Positions 25,944 through 39,354 of a stretch of 64,000 bases of DNA are shown here, piece after piece. This DNA comes from Zootoca vivipara. Its lineage: Eukaryota. The translations under genes were made by a program, and so were the position numbers. Location: NCBI RefSeq assembly GCF_963506605.1, contig NC_083286.1:33976001-34040000 (forward strand). Reading direction: 5' to 3'. Numbering within the stretch: position 1 is the stretch's first letter; each line of letters starts with the position of its first letter. The notes under the pieces are model-generated. The model was given only the letters and a program-made list of their open reading frames with translations. It searched no databases and was not told the origin of the DNA.

Positions 25944-28900
25944 GTCCTTCAGTCTGGAAGACTGGGAGGGAGCCTCGACACCCAGGGAAAAAAATGTTAC
26001 CCTTTACTGGGGGGAAGGGTAAACCAGTAGGGAATACAGTACAATCCCAAGCCTACTGGGAGGGGCGGGAGGGAGGTGTTGCCGTCACTGTATTAAGCCG
26101 ATGTTGGGAAATGTTTTAACATCTGGAGCTTTTGTGGGTGGAAGTCTGTCTCCTGTTACAACTCTGCACTGGATGTGAAGAAGCTCAATATATATATAAA
26201 TATATATATATATTTACAACAGCACATTCTGCAATATTATGGGGAACTGTACCAAAATGAAAACTATAAAATTGAACCATAGAGATATGTAAAGAGGAAA
26301 TACACTGTGTGAACACGATAAAGGAAACCGAAGGGTAGCGATTGCAGAGAGTAAAAGGTGTGTCGTAATAAGGGGTTTCTGCATTGTTTCATCTTGATGG
26401 GATTCCTAGGTGTTGCATGTTAATGAAGAACTAAACAAATGAAGTTAGTACAGTTAAAATAAAGCTTGCTGCCTGTATTAGGAGCAGGCACTTGCAGTGT
26501 ACAAATTTTAATAACCCCATAATAAAGTAATAAAGGTTAACATGAACAAAATGAAGCAACCTGCAAGATGCCAAATGAGTCACTCCTTTTCATTTTTTGG
26601 GGGTGGGGGGAGGGGCATTAGAGAAGAAAGGTGAATCTTTTTTAAAAAAAAACATTGAAACTGCAAAGGTAGTGGATATGATTTGATGGTTGTACTTCAT
26701 TAGATTTAATTTCTAGAGTAAGGCATAATTCTTAATGTGCCGTTTAAGGTTCAGGCATGCATTTTGGATCATAGTGATCAAGCGTATTTTTAGTGGGAAA
26801 GTAGCATGCTTGCATCAAAGGGTGAGAGTGGTATACATTTTCTTATGTTGCGCCAGTTTTGTGTTGCAGTTTACCAATTCAGTATAGCCCTGCGTTTAAA
26901 ATTCCTTTTATGATTCTGTGGATTTTATTTTTTCTTAGGAATAGAGGTATAAAATACTGTAGTGACAATTAGGCCTCCAAATATCTTTTTAGGATCTGTT
27001 AGGATTAAGATTGATATTGTATTGTGTAACCTGCACAATGTGGAAAGCTGATATAGCTGTGCAAAGTATTGCCTCTGTGCTGTCAGTGTGATGTGCTTTC
27101 TGCATGGTTATACTAGTGATTTTTATCAAACCTAAAAATGACTTAACATGGTAAGACCTGTTTAAAGGCTACATAAATGTTAGTTGGCACGTAAAGACAA
27201 TGGTAGAAAACTGATGACATGATTGCTACATTTCAGTGTTTATTCCCACCCAACGTATTACCTTTCTATAATTTTCTCCTCCGCAAAGTATGATCTTAAG
27301 AGATGCATAATTTGGTGGATGTAAAGCAGGGTATCTACACTGTATTGGCGCATGTTGGTGGCCCTTTGTATCCTAGAGAGGACACAATGGTGCAAGTTAA
27401 ACGCTACAGAGTGAAAGTTGGTTTGGATCCTCTTCATTTCATTTGTTTTTAGCTTTTCTGTTTCCCCACCCCCTCTACTCACTTGTATTCCTGTGAATAA
27501 ATCCTTGTTAAGTTAACCCTTTACTTTTCTTTCCATGTGTATTTTCTTACGTACTGTGAATGTGAAAACCTAACTGGTACACTTGATCTTGTGTTACTAT
27601 TAAAAAAAAAAGGAAGTTGTGATTAATAAAGAATATCCCATGATGATAAAGGAAAATGGAGGGACAATAACTCTGCTGGTCAGAGGCAAAAGCCACACTT
27701 TTCCATTTTCCCTTAAGTGCTGCAAAATTAATCTGTGCAAAAAAAAAAAAAAGCCATAACAGCCGCCTTACATTTTTGCTTCTCATCTTTGCATTGCAAA
27801 AACAACTACTGGAAAACTGTTTTTGCAGGGTCTGACTTTGCATGATTTGGTTCTTATAAAGGTTGTTGGATGATTTAGCCATTGCACTGACGTTCAATCT
27901 TGTGTGAGTGAATTTAAGAAATCTGGCTTCAAATTTTTGTTTGATGCACGGTAGCATGTATAAATCTTACACATTCCTCTCTCTTTTTTTGCTTTACAAA
28001 TTTGAGTGGATTAAACATGCTTGAAAATGACCTTTTTAATACATGTCCTATATGAAAGCCTTTGAAGAATGGAATTAATGCTACTAGGTCTTGAAATCTA
28101 CTGGAATAAAACTGCATGTGGTGATCTACTTTAAAATTAACTTGCTGTGTCAGTAGCTACAACTTTTCTTTTGGCTGAAAACTCTAGTTGTAGCTTTTCC
28201 AATCATCAATTCCTAAGAAAGGAAATCTGAAAAATTATTTAGGGTGAAACTTGCCTTAGACAAGGGTTTACATTAATCTTTCTGAAGACAGAGCATTAGC
28301 CCAAAATTTCTATATGGAATTCTCTAAAACAAACTTATTTGTTTTACCCTTGTGAAGTTGAACTGTTAAGTAGCCACTTACATAAATATATATACACACA
28401 CATATATATAATTTTATTACATGGGTTAATGTAGAAGGAAGTGACTGTTATACTGTGACTTAGCTGATCAGGCAGAAAAGTAACAAACAAGAAAGCAATA
28501 TTGTGGTTAAAATGGTAATTATTGTTATTAAGTTCATAGCAAACCAAAACATTCATTCTGAGTAAAGTATAGCATATTTGCAGAAACCACTTGGGTTAGA
28601 ATTTGAGATGAGGAGAGCTCTGATACAACACTAACAATTGTAATTCAACTATATTGCATCATGGGATATATAAAGCATCTTTTCATGTAGTCTTGACAGT
28701 TATTTGAATGTTGACTGAATGTTGATACTGGTAGACTTGTGAGTTTGTCTTTGTTACATTCCAGTGTTCTCTGCCTCTTGGCATGCTACAAGCACGGCTT
28801 ACTAAATCTGCTCCTTACACAGTGAATAAAGTGCTTAGTGTGCAAAACTACAGAAATAGCCGCTGCTAAGTGATGTAGATTTTCTACTTGAATATTTTTG

Positions 28901-29500
28901 TTGTAGGAACCTCAGGAGGTCAGTGTTTACTGTTTTTATATATGCCTTTGTTTTCATGTCTAAGGGCCCCTTGCTTTGAAGGATTCTAACAGTGAATAAA
29001 GCTGCTGATCAACCTAAGTTGGTAACAGAAAGTGTATTTTAAAACATTTTAAATGCATCTCTTTTGCAGTTAAACTTGTCTAATATTATAGGGTTTTCTA
29101 GTGGTACACTTTCACTATTAAGGGAAAGAAGTATCTTAATGTTCATTTCATTTCTTTAAATCTAAGGGGAATGGATACATTTTGTAAGTTTTTTTAAGCT
29201 TGATTTGTTTTCTAAATTGGTGTGTAGACATCAGTTATAAGATGTAGATCCTATCTCTTGCACCCTGATGCTTCGGCATGTTTACGATGAAGCAAATTCT
29301 ATTCCTTTAAATGGGACTTGCTTCCAAGTAAGTATGCTGAGGATGGCAGCCATAAAAGGGTGCAGTCATAGCAACATGCATAGAATAATGTTTTCAAATA
29401 CATAGCCAATAGGATTTTTTTAAAAAAGAAACATAAAGTAATTTTAGTTTTGTAACAAACACTATTGATACACACTGTGATAATTCTGAATTTTTATTTA
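25944..29500 (+). other. TNPO1: TNPO1 terminal non-coding exon / long 3' UTR (3' end uncertain, probably alternative polyadenylation)
   Basis: Pyrimidine tract + CAG acceptor ending at 25943; repeat-poor AT-rich sequence; AATAAA at 26458, 26521, 26529, 27496 and further downstream; the start resembles the mammalian TNPO1 UTR as I recall it. Confidence 0.75.
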
Positions 29501-30986
29501 GCATTAGCATGAATTACTTAAGCTACATAAATATTGTGTAATTTAGATTTATACTACTTGTAAGAGGATTTCCAAAGCTGAAACTTATGTTGCTGTTTGG
29601 ATAAGAATTATTCATACTAGTTTTATCTCAGGTAAAATACTCTTCTACCCATTTTGTTCAACTAGAGGCTTCTAATGTGTCTTAAGTGTTCCAGTTTGTC
29701 TTTCATATAGGAACTGCCTAATGTCTTAAACTCTCATATCTAAATTAACTTACTGTGGAACAGCAATGACTGCTTCAATATAAGTCACCTATTTTATTCA
29801 TATTGAATGTATTAACAGAGATTTGTAACATTCTTCTTAAGAGAAGAATGCACCTGCGCAGAATAGCACCTAAAAATCAGCATAAAGAGTGCTTCATATT
29901 GTGCAGTGCAAAGGTTTAAGTTCCTGATTTTTAAAATTAATTATAACTTGGCATAAATCCTTCTGATATATTTTTCTTGTATAGATGCCTATACCTTTTT
30001 AGCATAGTATGTAGAGTCAAAAGAATAACACTTCTTAATGCAGTACTAAGCAGTTAACTTCAGCAGAGATCAGACTGCTTTTGTGAGCTACTGAATACCA
30101 AGCAGTAATCTTGTAAGATAATGTTGCTGTTTGCATATGGATTTATTGCATATGGATTTATTATGTACTATGTAAGCATTTGGCTGTCTGGGATACTTTA
30201 ATGTTGAAATGAAAATAGAAATAATCTTTACATATTAATACAATTCTGCTCAACACTGCACTCAGTTTCAGATAACTCTTCATTTCAGAACTATGTGCAT
30301 AGCCCAGTTTTGCTCTTTCTACTTGTCAGAGCAAATGAGGATTGGACTGTCCTGAATAAAACTTTAATAAGGGCATACACTGCAGCTTTTATTCACTAAG
30401 AGAATAAACTAAAAGATACTTAGATCTGTGTGTGCATGACAGGGAAACTAATGGTTAGTTTAGTTTAGTTTTGCTGGACAAATGCACTTCTTACGCAAAA
30501 CAGTTATTTTGCAAATCAGTTTCAGGACTCATGGTATGTTACCTTCCACACATGCCACATCTTTATGTCAGTTCATTTAAGAATGGAGTTCTCTTTTGGA
30601 TGTGCAGCAAAGGTACAAATCCTTGGCTAATTTTTGAGGGCACTCTCTCCAAAACTTAAAAGCACTCTTTCTTCTCCATGCCCCCCTCTGGGAAAAAACA
30701 TAATCAAAAGTTCTCTCAATTAACTCCTACCTGTCCTAAAATTAATCGTTAAGAGTTGGATATACTAACAATAGTTGAAGTAGCCAGATCTTTCTGCTGA
30801 CAACTTAGGTTGTATGAGTTATGCTTGAAAGCTTTAAATTGAATGTGTTTTCTGTATGTTAGAATATTCCCTTCAAACATCCTTCCACAACCTCTAAAGC
30901 TGTATTGAGTTGATTTTTCCTGTCTGCCTCTGCTAACACAACTTCATTCTAAATAGAATATGGTTTTGATTTTTGATAAGCTGCTG

Positions 30987-31124
30987 NNNNNNNNNNNNNN
31001 NNNNNNNNNNNNNNNNNNNNNNNNNNNNNNNNNNNNNNNNNNNNNNNNNNNNNNNNNNNNNNNNNNNNNNNNNNNNNNNNNNNNNNNNNNNNNNNNNNNN
31101 NNNNNNNNNNNNNNNNNNNNNNNN
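30987..31124. other. Assembly gap (138 N)
   Basis: N run. Confidence 0.99.
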
Positions 31125-31573
31125 AAAATTTGTTTAAATATAGATGCTGCACTCTTGATTCTTAATGGAAAGAGGAGGACTTCATTCAAGATCATTGGTT
31201 TGCTCTAAACTGAATTACATGCTTGTGTAGCTTTCAGTTTCTTTTGAAATTAGGAAGCAGTTGGGTTTGAAGTTTAGTGTGATAGCTAAAAACATTTGCA
31301 TTCACACATAATGCTACATCATGTTTTTGTGAGATGCGAAGGGACAGGACAGAGTCACATTGAGCCTTGTGCTCGCATGTTCTCTTCATCATTGCCTCCT
31401 CACTCCACAAATGTGGAGGAGGGTGTGTTTTCTTTCAGTTTCCCTAAAGTTCTGCTTATTGTGTTGTGCTGATCATGCATTATTATTTATTCCTGCTGCA
31501 TATGGTCAGTTTCTGAACAAGCCAACCTAGAACTGTGAGTTATTGGTACAGTAGCTTGTTCAAACTAACCATA

Positions 31574-31946
31574 AGGGTAAAGGTAAAGGGACCCCTAACC
31601 GTTAGGTCCAGTCACGGACGACTCTGGGGTTGCGGCGCTCATCTCGCTCAATAGGCCGAGGGAGCCGGCGTTTGTCCGCAGACAGCTTCCAGGTAATGTG
31701 GCCAGCATAACTAAGCTGTTTCTGGTGAACCAGAGCAGCGCACGGAAACGCTGTTTACCTTCCCACCAGAGCAGTACCTATTTATCTACTTGCACTTTTA
31801 ACATGCTTTCGAACTGCTAGGTTGGGCAGGAGCTGGGACCGAGCAATGGGAGCTCACCCCATTGTGGGGATTCAAACTATTGACCTCCTGATTGGCAAGC
31901 CCTAGGCTCAGTGGTTTAACCCACAGTGCCACCCGCTTCCCATCCA
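31574..31946 (-). mobile_element. Sauria SINE, full length
   Basis: Reverse complement of the copies at 57746 and 58187; (ACCTTT)n tail; 14-bp TSD TCAAACTAACCATA at 31560-31573 and 31947-31960. Confidence 0.93.
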
Positions 31947-34900
31947 TCAAACTAACCATAGATAGGGATAAACCATCATTTGTGGTCTAGGTGGCATGAC
32001 ATGCTAGGGTTCAAGGAAACTGAAAGTAAGCTTTGCCAAAGTTGTGGACCTAGCCATGAAGGAGGAAGAAAGAGATGGGGGAGTGTGAGAGCCCAAGGCT
32101 TGCTGTGGCTTCTTCCTGCTCCATGCTTATTTCACTAAAGCATGATTTAGCATGATTTGTGAACACAGCCAATGTGTAGACTTAGTAATATTGTTTCTTA
32201 TTTCAATTTGCTTTGGGTTTTTTTTTTGTCTTTGTAGCAGCAGCAAACAGACAACAGCAGTGAGATTTGAAGATGTTACATTAACATTTATTTGAAAGCA
32301 GACTTCACATTCAGAACTAGGAACGTATTTAGCCAGTTGAATGTTAAGCTGGTATTTAAACTTTAACATGTTTTCAGTAGAGTGAGAGATTGTGGCTTGT
32401 CTAAGATCATCAGAGAACTTGAAAGGCAAATGCACTGACAGCATGAACTGTCCTAATGTAAAATGAATTGAGAAGATTGCTTGATGTTTGGGGACAGTTT
32501 GCCTTTTTTCTTTCAAGCAAAAAACGGGGAAGGAATCTGTCTGGGGTTTAGAAAAGGTTGCAAAATGGTGTTCCATTGTCTTTTTAGTGTTTGCTGCAGT
32601 ATTTTTCTTCCTTAAAGGTTTATTGGTTTGCTCCCATGGTTTTTAAAAGGGCACAAAACTGGCTTGAACTATTATGGAGAAATGGTAGTGGGCCTCTTAA
32701 AGAAATCCACAAGCCTTTCTATCCTAAGTTTAAACTGGTAGCCTTCTAAGAACAGTTAATAAAGGTGCCAGCACAAAAGATTAAAATGCCAGTGGCCCTT
32801 CTATTCCAACCACCAGGGCTTGAACTGCATACAAGTGGGGACTCGTATATCAGAAGTAACGTCAAGGACACCAGTCACTTTGTGCTTGAGATACTTGAGC
32901 AGCTGCATTCAGCGTGGCACTTGGAAAAGTGGATGCAGTAAGATGAAGCAAGGGAGCATTGTAACTTCATAGCAACGAAGTCCTGGAACTTAGAGCACTG
33001 GGGGAAATACCTTTACGTCGTGTTCCATCCCAAAGTGAAGCGGTGCAGGTGATGATTAGCCTGACCAAATAATTAGGTGAATGTCATTTATATTTATAAA
33101 ACATGCATACTGGTTTTCACCTATAATGTAATATTTTAATAAAATATTATTTATTACAAAAATGCAATAAAACACTGGAAGATAGCTGAAAAATGGTGGA
33201 AGCATCCTAGTCTAATTAGCAGAAGAAGGTTGGAATCACTGTGCTATCACTGCAGAAGGGAAGATACTAAATGGATGTGCACTGGGAAAGCATCAAGTAC
33301 TGGTAGAATTACCAGGCTTTCGTCAGTAAAACCCTCCAAAACCGAAGTCTAAAATGAACATATAAAAGCATAAACTCCTATTTTAAGACCTGAATTTTTA
33401 ATTTTTGTATTAGCCGATCATAGATAATATTTTATGGAAGCTAAACTATACTAGATGTTACAATTTTTGACTAGCATTTGGCCAGTAGGTGTTCAGGGTC
33501 TAGGTGGATTGCAATGGAATTTGAAGAGAACTAGGGCAGGGGAAGTTAAATAGGGTGTGTGTGTGTGATTATTATGATGTGCAAGGTTTTTTGAGGAGAC
33601 CGCATCTACATATATTGTAGCCTGATAGCTACAGGATGATAGAGTGGTATTAAAACCATTCTGTCTGTGGCAAAATTTGAGTAGATTGCAAATGCCAGAA
33701 TGGTTTCCACAGTTCAGTAATGTACACTGAATCCTGAGCTGGGGAGCAGAAGAAACTTCAGTGGCATAGCAGGATTAATGCTGATTAGAAGCACTGGGCT
33801 GTTCAAAGTTTTTATTTGTATAATGTAGTGGAGTTGGGGTGGTAATGGCAAGTAAGATGAGGTGGGGTGGAACAATGCTTTTGAGAAGCGAAATAGACCT
33901 CGGATTACAAGAAGAACTGAGTGTGCACTGCCATGGCTGTAGCAACACTGAAGAAGTGGGTATAAAATTAATCCATAACTGAAATGCTGAAAGAAAGTAT
34001 GGTATGGTGAAAGAAGGAATTCTACAAAGTGTGGTAAGTTGGAAGAGGGCAAGAGGAAAGGGTGGCAGAGGGAGGAGAAGGTGCAGAACTGGAGATGCGA
34101 ATATTGGGTAAGAAAGTCAGCAGGATTGGAAATGTCAAAAGCAAGAAAAAAATATCAAGATCTGACTGCATTTAAAGGAGTGGGATGGGATGGGGATGAG
34201 AAACACCAAAGCAAATGGAGAGATAGAAGGGAACAGATTCTGAGAATGAACCTTCAGAGACTAGAACTGTCTGGCAGGATTTGACAAGAAGACCAAGTAT
34301 ATTACTCTGGGTGTTGGCCTGGGATGTGTGGGAGAAAAAGACTGGCAAATAGCACAGTGCCATCAGGGGGGAATGCCAGATATCAATGAGAGCAAGATGC
34401 TAAAGGAAGGGAACAAGGAAGAAAAGCAATTGCTTTCTCAGTGAAGGAGCAGGAGATCTGGCACAAGAGAAATGAGAGCAGGAAGGTGATGGTAGCAGAT
34501 AACATGGATAGAAATTGGAGACAGCAGATGGGCTGCAGGTAAGAGTAAAGGCAAAAAAATTGCATGGATGACCACAACAACAATGAAGGGAGCTGAGTGG
34601 AGGAAGGAAGATGAAAATTTGTACAAATGAGATCCTGGGCAGAGTTATTCTGCCGCAGCATTAGCATTATGAGCAAAGGGGCTGGTGAATGAATCCAGAA
34701 TCTTGAGAGTGAGGGGAGAGCTTGTTCATTTTTTAAAACAAGTAATAAAAATGAGAGCACACGAGACATAAACGCTTCCACATCTCTGAACATAAGTCAT
34801 TTGAACAAGGATTCAAAAGAGAACATTCTCAAGGTGTACAGTTCATTATGCATTTCACTTTTAATATGGTATGTAAGGAATGCAGCTTAACGAACAAGAT

Positions 34901-37900
34901 TTTCAGCCTGGCTGAGAACAATTTATTAAATCTAGAATAAACCACCCAACCATATAATCACTTTTTAAAATAAGCATGCCTTTTATATTGGATTTTAATC
35001 TCAGGAATGCCAAAAGACCAGTATTCATTCTTTTAAAAACTCAATTAGCAAAACTGGCCAAAGAATCCCCCCCCTTGCAACCAGGTTTCCCTCCAAGAGA
35101 CTCCTGCACTTCTCACCCAATTGATTTTTTTCCCTCTTTGGTGTGTGTTTTCTCACCAATTTCAGTTGATTTTGTTGGATTTTTCTACATTGTAGGAAGG
35201 AAGAGAAATTACATGCATTAACTCATTTGTAACTCAGTTTTAGGCTTTTGGATAATAGCTGACAGCGAAAACTCTTGTGACACTTTAAAGATGTATTATG
35301 ACAAAAGCTTTTGTGAACTGGAGTTCACATCATCAGATGTATTGAAGATTTATCCTCTTCATACACAGGGTTGATACCTAGGACATTGCTAAAGTGACAT
35401 GCTAACCAGTGTGAGGTGGTTTAGTAGTTATGGGACCAGTTCTGAAGAAGGCATCATAAAGCCATTTGAGTGGCTACTAAGATATGAGATACTGGGGCTA
35501 CAGGATGTTGGTACTGTACCACTGAAGCTGCAGTGCTGGAGGTGCCATTGGGTGAATGGGGGGGGGGGTTATGAGCAGTTTGTACAGCTAACAACCATGT
35601 TTTAATATTTAGAACCTGAATGGGGAGGCTGAGGCCCTCCTAAGAATGCTGGACTTCCATAATTCCTGACTACTCACCATGCTGGCCAGGGTTTATGGAA
35701 GTTGGAATTAAACCTACGGGAGGCCACAGGCTCCCCAGTTCTGATTAAGAAGGAATTTCTGGCAGAGGCTGATTAAAATCAGAATACAGTACATGTCTGA
35801 AAAATGATACATATATTGGGTATATCAAGAAGTCAGTAAAGAACGCATTTGAGGTGACCTTGAAGCTAAAACTGTTTTTTTATGGGGATACTAAAGGGTC
35901 CCCAAAATGTTAAAAGTGTGGCACTTACTGTAACAACTTCATGGTGAGTACCAGTTAATAATAATTATTATAAAGCAGTGTAAAACAATGCTAGTGAAAC
36001 AGTCCAGTGTTCTCTGTCATTCTTGAGTTTAAACTGAACCTTTGGCAGCAGGTATTAGAAGGGCAGAAGTTGGGTTTGTTCTCAAGCAGCCATGGAGGCG
36101 GTGCCTGGAGTTTCACAGGTCAGTCTGAAATCAGGGCAGCAAACCCTTTCCCATAATGACACCCAAAGCTTCAAGGAACACGCATGCTTAGTGGGTTTTA
36201 ATAATGTGGGCATTGATTATAAGCAGTGGTGGTGAATTTGCTATTGGAAAAAAGCATATTTTAAAGGACTCCAGAATTTGAAGACTAATAAGAACTTGCA
36301 CAAACTAAAACTGAGGACAATGCCTGCTTAAACAAAATGAGGAAAATGGAAGAGCTCTCTCTTAAGGGGGGGGGGACAGAATAAAGCTCTGGAGAACAAT
36401 TCAGTGTTTCTGAAAGGGTAAGTACTTTCTCACTAATCTTATTATTTGAGTGTTACAATCCCTGGGCTCCTTAGGAAGTGTGGGGTATCAATTGAATTGA
36501 ATGAAATACATAGTGAAATAGAAATGCCACAAAATTCCAAATTCTACAGAAAATTGCAATGACATTCCCTGTTGCCATGGAAGAAGAAAAATGGGAGATG
36601 CACACAAGTTTTATGTTGTAAACTGTCCTGAGATTTATGGGCAGCATACAAATTAATAAATAATAAAATAATTCAAAAGTGTCAAGGAAAAAAATGGAAA
36701 GAACAGTTCTGTGACCAGAGAGCTCTATAAACTGCACCCAAAAGTGCTCCGCAAAGGCACATATATGAGGAATTGTGTGGAACTGTATACACAGAGAGAG
36801 AAAAATAGGGAAATGCAGGACCAGTCTTCCTGCACGTTTAATAAGCTGTACATAAGAACTTCAAGGTTTAAAAAAGCATTACTGTTAAAGATGGGTAGAA
36901 AATCATTAAGCTGCAAGCCCTTGATCATCAAGCTGCAAGAAGCCTATCCCAGCAGCAAAAATTGAAAATAAGGAACTTCCAGCTTTCATTATAGAAATTC
37001 ACCTGCTTAGCATAACTGGCTATTTCACTCCTCTGTTCAGTTCATGTTCAGTCTGGATAACATCTTGCAGACATCAAGAGCTTCCCAGACATATTTGGTG
37101 TCCTTATCCACAGAGCACCAATATAAAATCCAAGTATCACAACTCAGTTCTGTTAGAAAAAGATATACTGTACTGAGACAATGCACTTGCTGACTTCACT
37201 AGATTGGACCTAGATCAAGCCTACTCACTATCGGAGGGTTTGCCATGTTTTGTCTGTTCCTACAAAAACAATGGTGTATTGGAGCAGGAGCAGGTGCCAA
37301 CAAGGCACTGGCACTTATTTCATGGCAGGGACAATGATGTCATCTCCAGGATTGCTATTTGCCAATCCAAACATATACAAAGAATAAAAATTAACAGCAA
37401 AAGATATTAAAACACGTCAACACCTATGCATCTGGATAGGCTTGCCTAAACAAAAATAGTTCAACATTTCATTCTAACAGTGGCCAGCCTGGTGCCTATG
37501 GGAAGCCTGTAAGTCATAGCTGTCAAAAAACCCCTCCCCATTTGAAGATAAGGAATTCTATGGGACTGTCAACGTCCCGGATATGAAAGTAAGGGCGCTG
37601 AATAAGGGAATTTCCCACAAAAAAGGGAACGTTGACAGCACTGCCATAAGTAGGACAAGAATGCAATAGCACTCTGCACACTTGTGATGATTCCCAGCAA
37701 CTTAGAGGCATACTATCCCCAACAGCAGAGGTCAAACACTGCCACAATGGTTGGTAACAGTTGATAGCCCTGTCCTCAAATTTGTCTAAACCTCATTTAA
37801 AGCTATCCAAGTTGGTGGCCGTCACTAAATCTTATGTGAGCAAATTTTATAGTTGAGTATGTACTGTGCAAATAAGTTGTTTCTTTTGTCTGTCCTGAAT

Positions 37901-37989
37901 TTTCAAACATTCCACTTCATTGGGTGGCCCTTGGTTCTAATTGTATGAGAGCAATAGAAAAACTTTTCCTTCTCTATTTTTCCCCACAC

Positions 37990-38652
37990 CAGTGATGGGC
38001 AACCTTTTGAGCTTGGTGTGTCAAAAAACCAAGCATAACTTGGGTGGTGTGTCACTTCAAGAAAAAAAACCATAATTTCGCGATATTTATAGTTTGAATA
38101 ACAAAAATGTATAATTGTAATATATAACTGTATTTAATAAACCAAAAACTAATTATTTAACCAAACAATTTATTTAACCAAACCAAACAATTTATTTAAC
38201 CAAACCAAATATTTAACCAAACCAAACCAAAAAACCCCTTATTTATCACAAAGTGCCCAGAGTTGTTGAGCTTTGGGGGGGGGCTGCTAACCAAAGTTGT
38301 GGAGGGTTTTTTTTGGGGGGGTGCAAAAGTTGCTTTGCTTTTGGGGGGGAAAGAGAACAGAAATAAATGACAAATAATACCTTCGCTGGAACTAACACGC
38401 AGCACCGGCATAGTCTGCCAAAGCACCAGAAAAAACAGCACAGAAAGGGTTAAAAAACGATCTCCGGCTACCAGCAACAACAACAGCAAAAAAGGATCCG
38501 GGTTTTAACAGCGGAGACAAGCTGTAGGAGGAGCGGGAGAACAAATGGGGGGGACCAACAACAACAGCGTGAATGGGCCGATGGGGCGTGTGCCAGCAGT
38601 GAGGGCTCTGCGTGTCACGTCTGACATGCGTGTCATAGGTTCTCCATCACTG
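37990..38652. mobile_element. hAT-type non-autonomous transposon inserted in a CR1 fragment (~37760-38700)
   Basis: TIRs CAGTGATGG / CCATCACTG; 8-bp TSD CCCCACAC at 37982-37989 and 38653-38660; internal ATTTAACCAAAC tandem array. Confidence 0.9.
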
Positions 38653-38729
38653 CCCCACACCATACATAATCTTATACACCTCTTTCATGTTTTCTCTTAC
38701 TCAGCATTGTTGGTTGGATCACCCACATC

Positions 38730-38958
38730 TATATCCCGCTTTATCACTACCCGAAGGAGTCTCAAAGCGGCTAACATTCTCCTTTCCCTTCCTCCCCCAC
38801 AACAAACACCCTGTGAGGTGGGTGGGGCTGAGAGACTTCAAAGAAGTGTGACTAGCCCAAGGTCACCCAGCAGCTGCGTGTGGAGTAGCAGAGACGGGAA
38901 CCCAGTTCCCCAGATTACGAGTCTACCGCTCTTAACCACTACACTACACTGGCTCTCA
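38730..38958 (-). mobile_element. MIR/Squam2-like tRNA-derived SINE
   Basis: CORE-like segment (CCCTGTGAGGT...CCCAAGGTCACCCAG) and tRNA-like head on the minus strand. Confidence 0.75.
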
Positions 38959-39152
38959 AGGAGCTTGTTGACACTCAAATAGTGTAATAGGATTTACCCT
39001 TTCGGAAGCCATGCTGATTCTCCTTCAGCAAGACTTGTTCTTCTATATGCATGGCAACTTTGTTTTTAACAATGATTTATACTAGTTTTTCTGGAACAGA
39101 CTTTAAGCTAACCAGCCCGTAAGTGGTAGATTAGATTAACATACTTGGCTAA

Positions 39153-39354
39153 AGTTACAAGTAGGTAGCCGTGTTGGTCTGACGTAGTCAAAACAAAAAA
39201 TAAAAAAATTGCTTCCAGTAGCACCTTAGAGACCAACTAAGTTTGTCTGTTTCAGTGTATCTGAAGAAGTGTGCATGCACACGAAAGCTCATACCTATGA
39301 CAAACTTAGTTGGTCTCTAAGGTGCTACTGGAGGCATTTTTGTTTGTTTGTTTC
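39153..39354 (+). mobile_element. Short Penelope-like insertion (inverted pLTR fragments) carrying a hammerhead motif
   Basis: 14-bp direct repeat ACATACTTGGCTAA at 39139-39152 and 39355-39368; 34-bp perfect internal inverted repeat; CTGAAGA...GAAA core. Confidence 0.75.
39257..39294 (+). ncRNA. Minimal type-I hammerhead ribozyme motif
   Basis: GUAU-CUGAAGA-A-GUGUG(CAUG)CACAC-GAAA-GCUC-AUAC: stem I, core boxes, stem II, palindromic AGCU stem III, NUH site. Confidence 0.7.
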
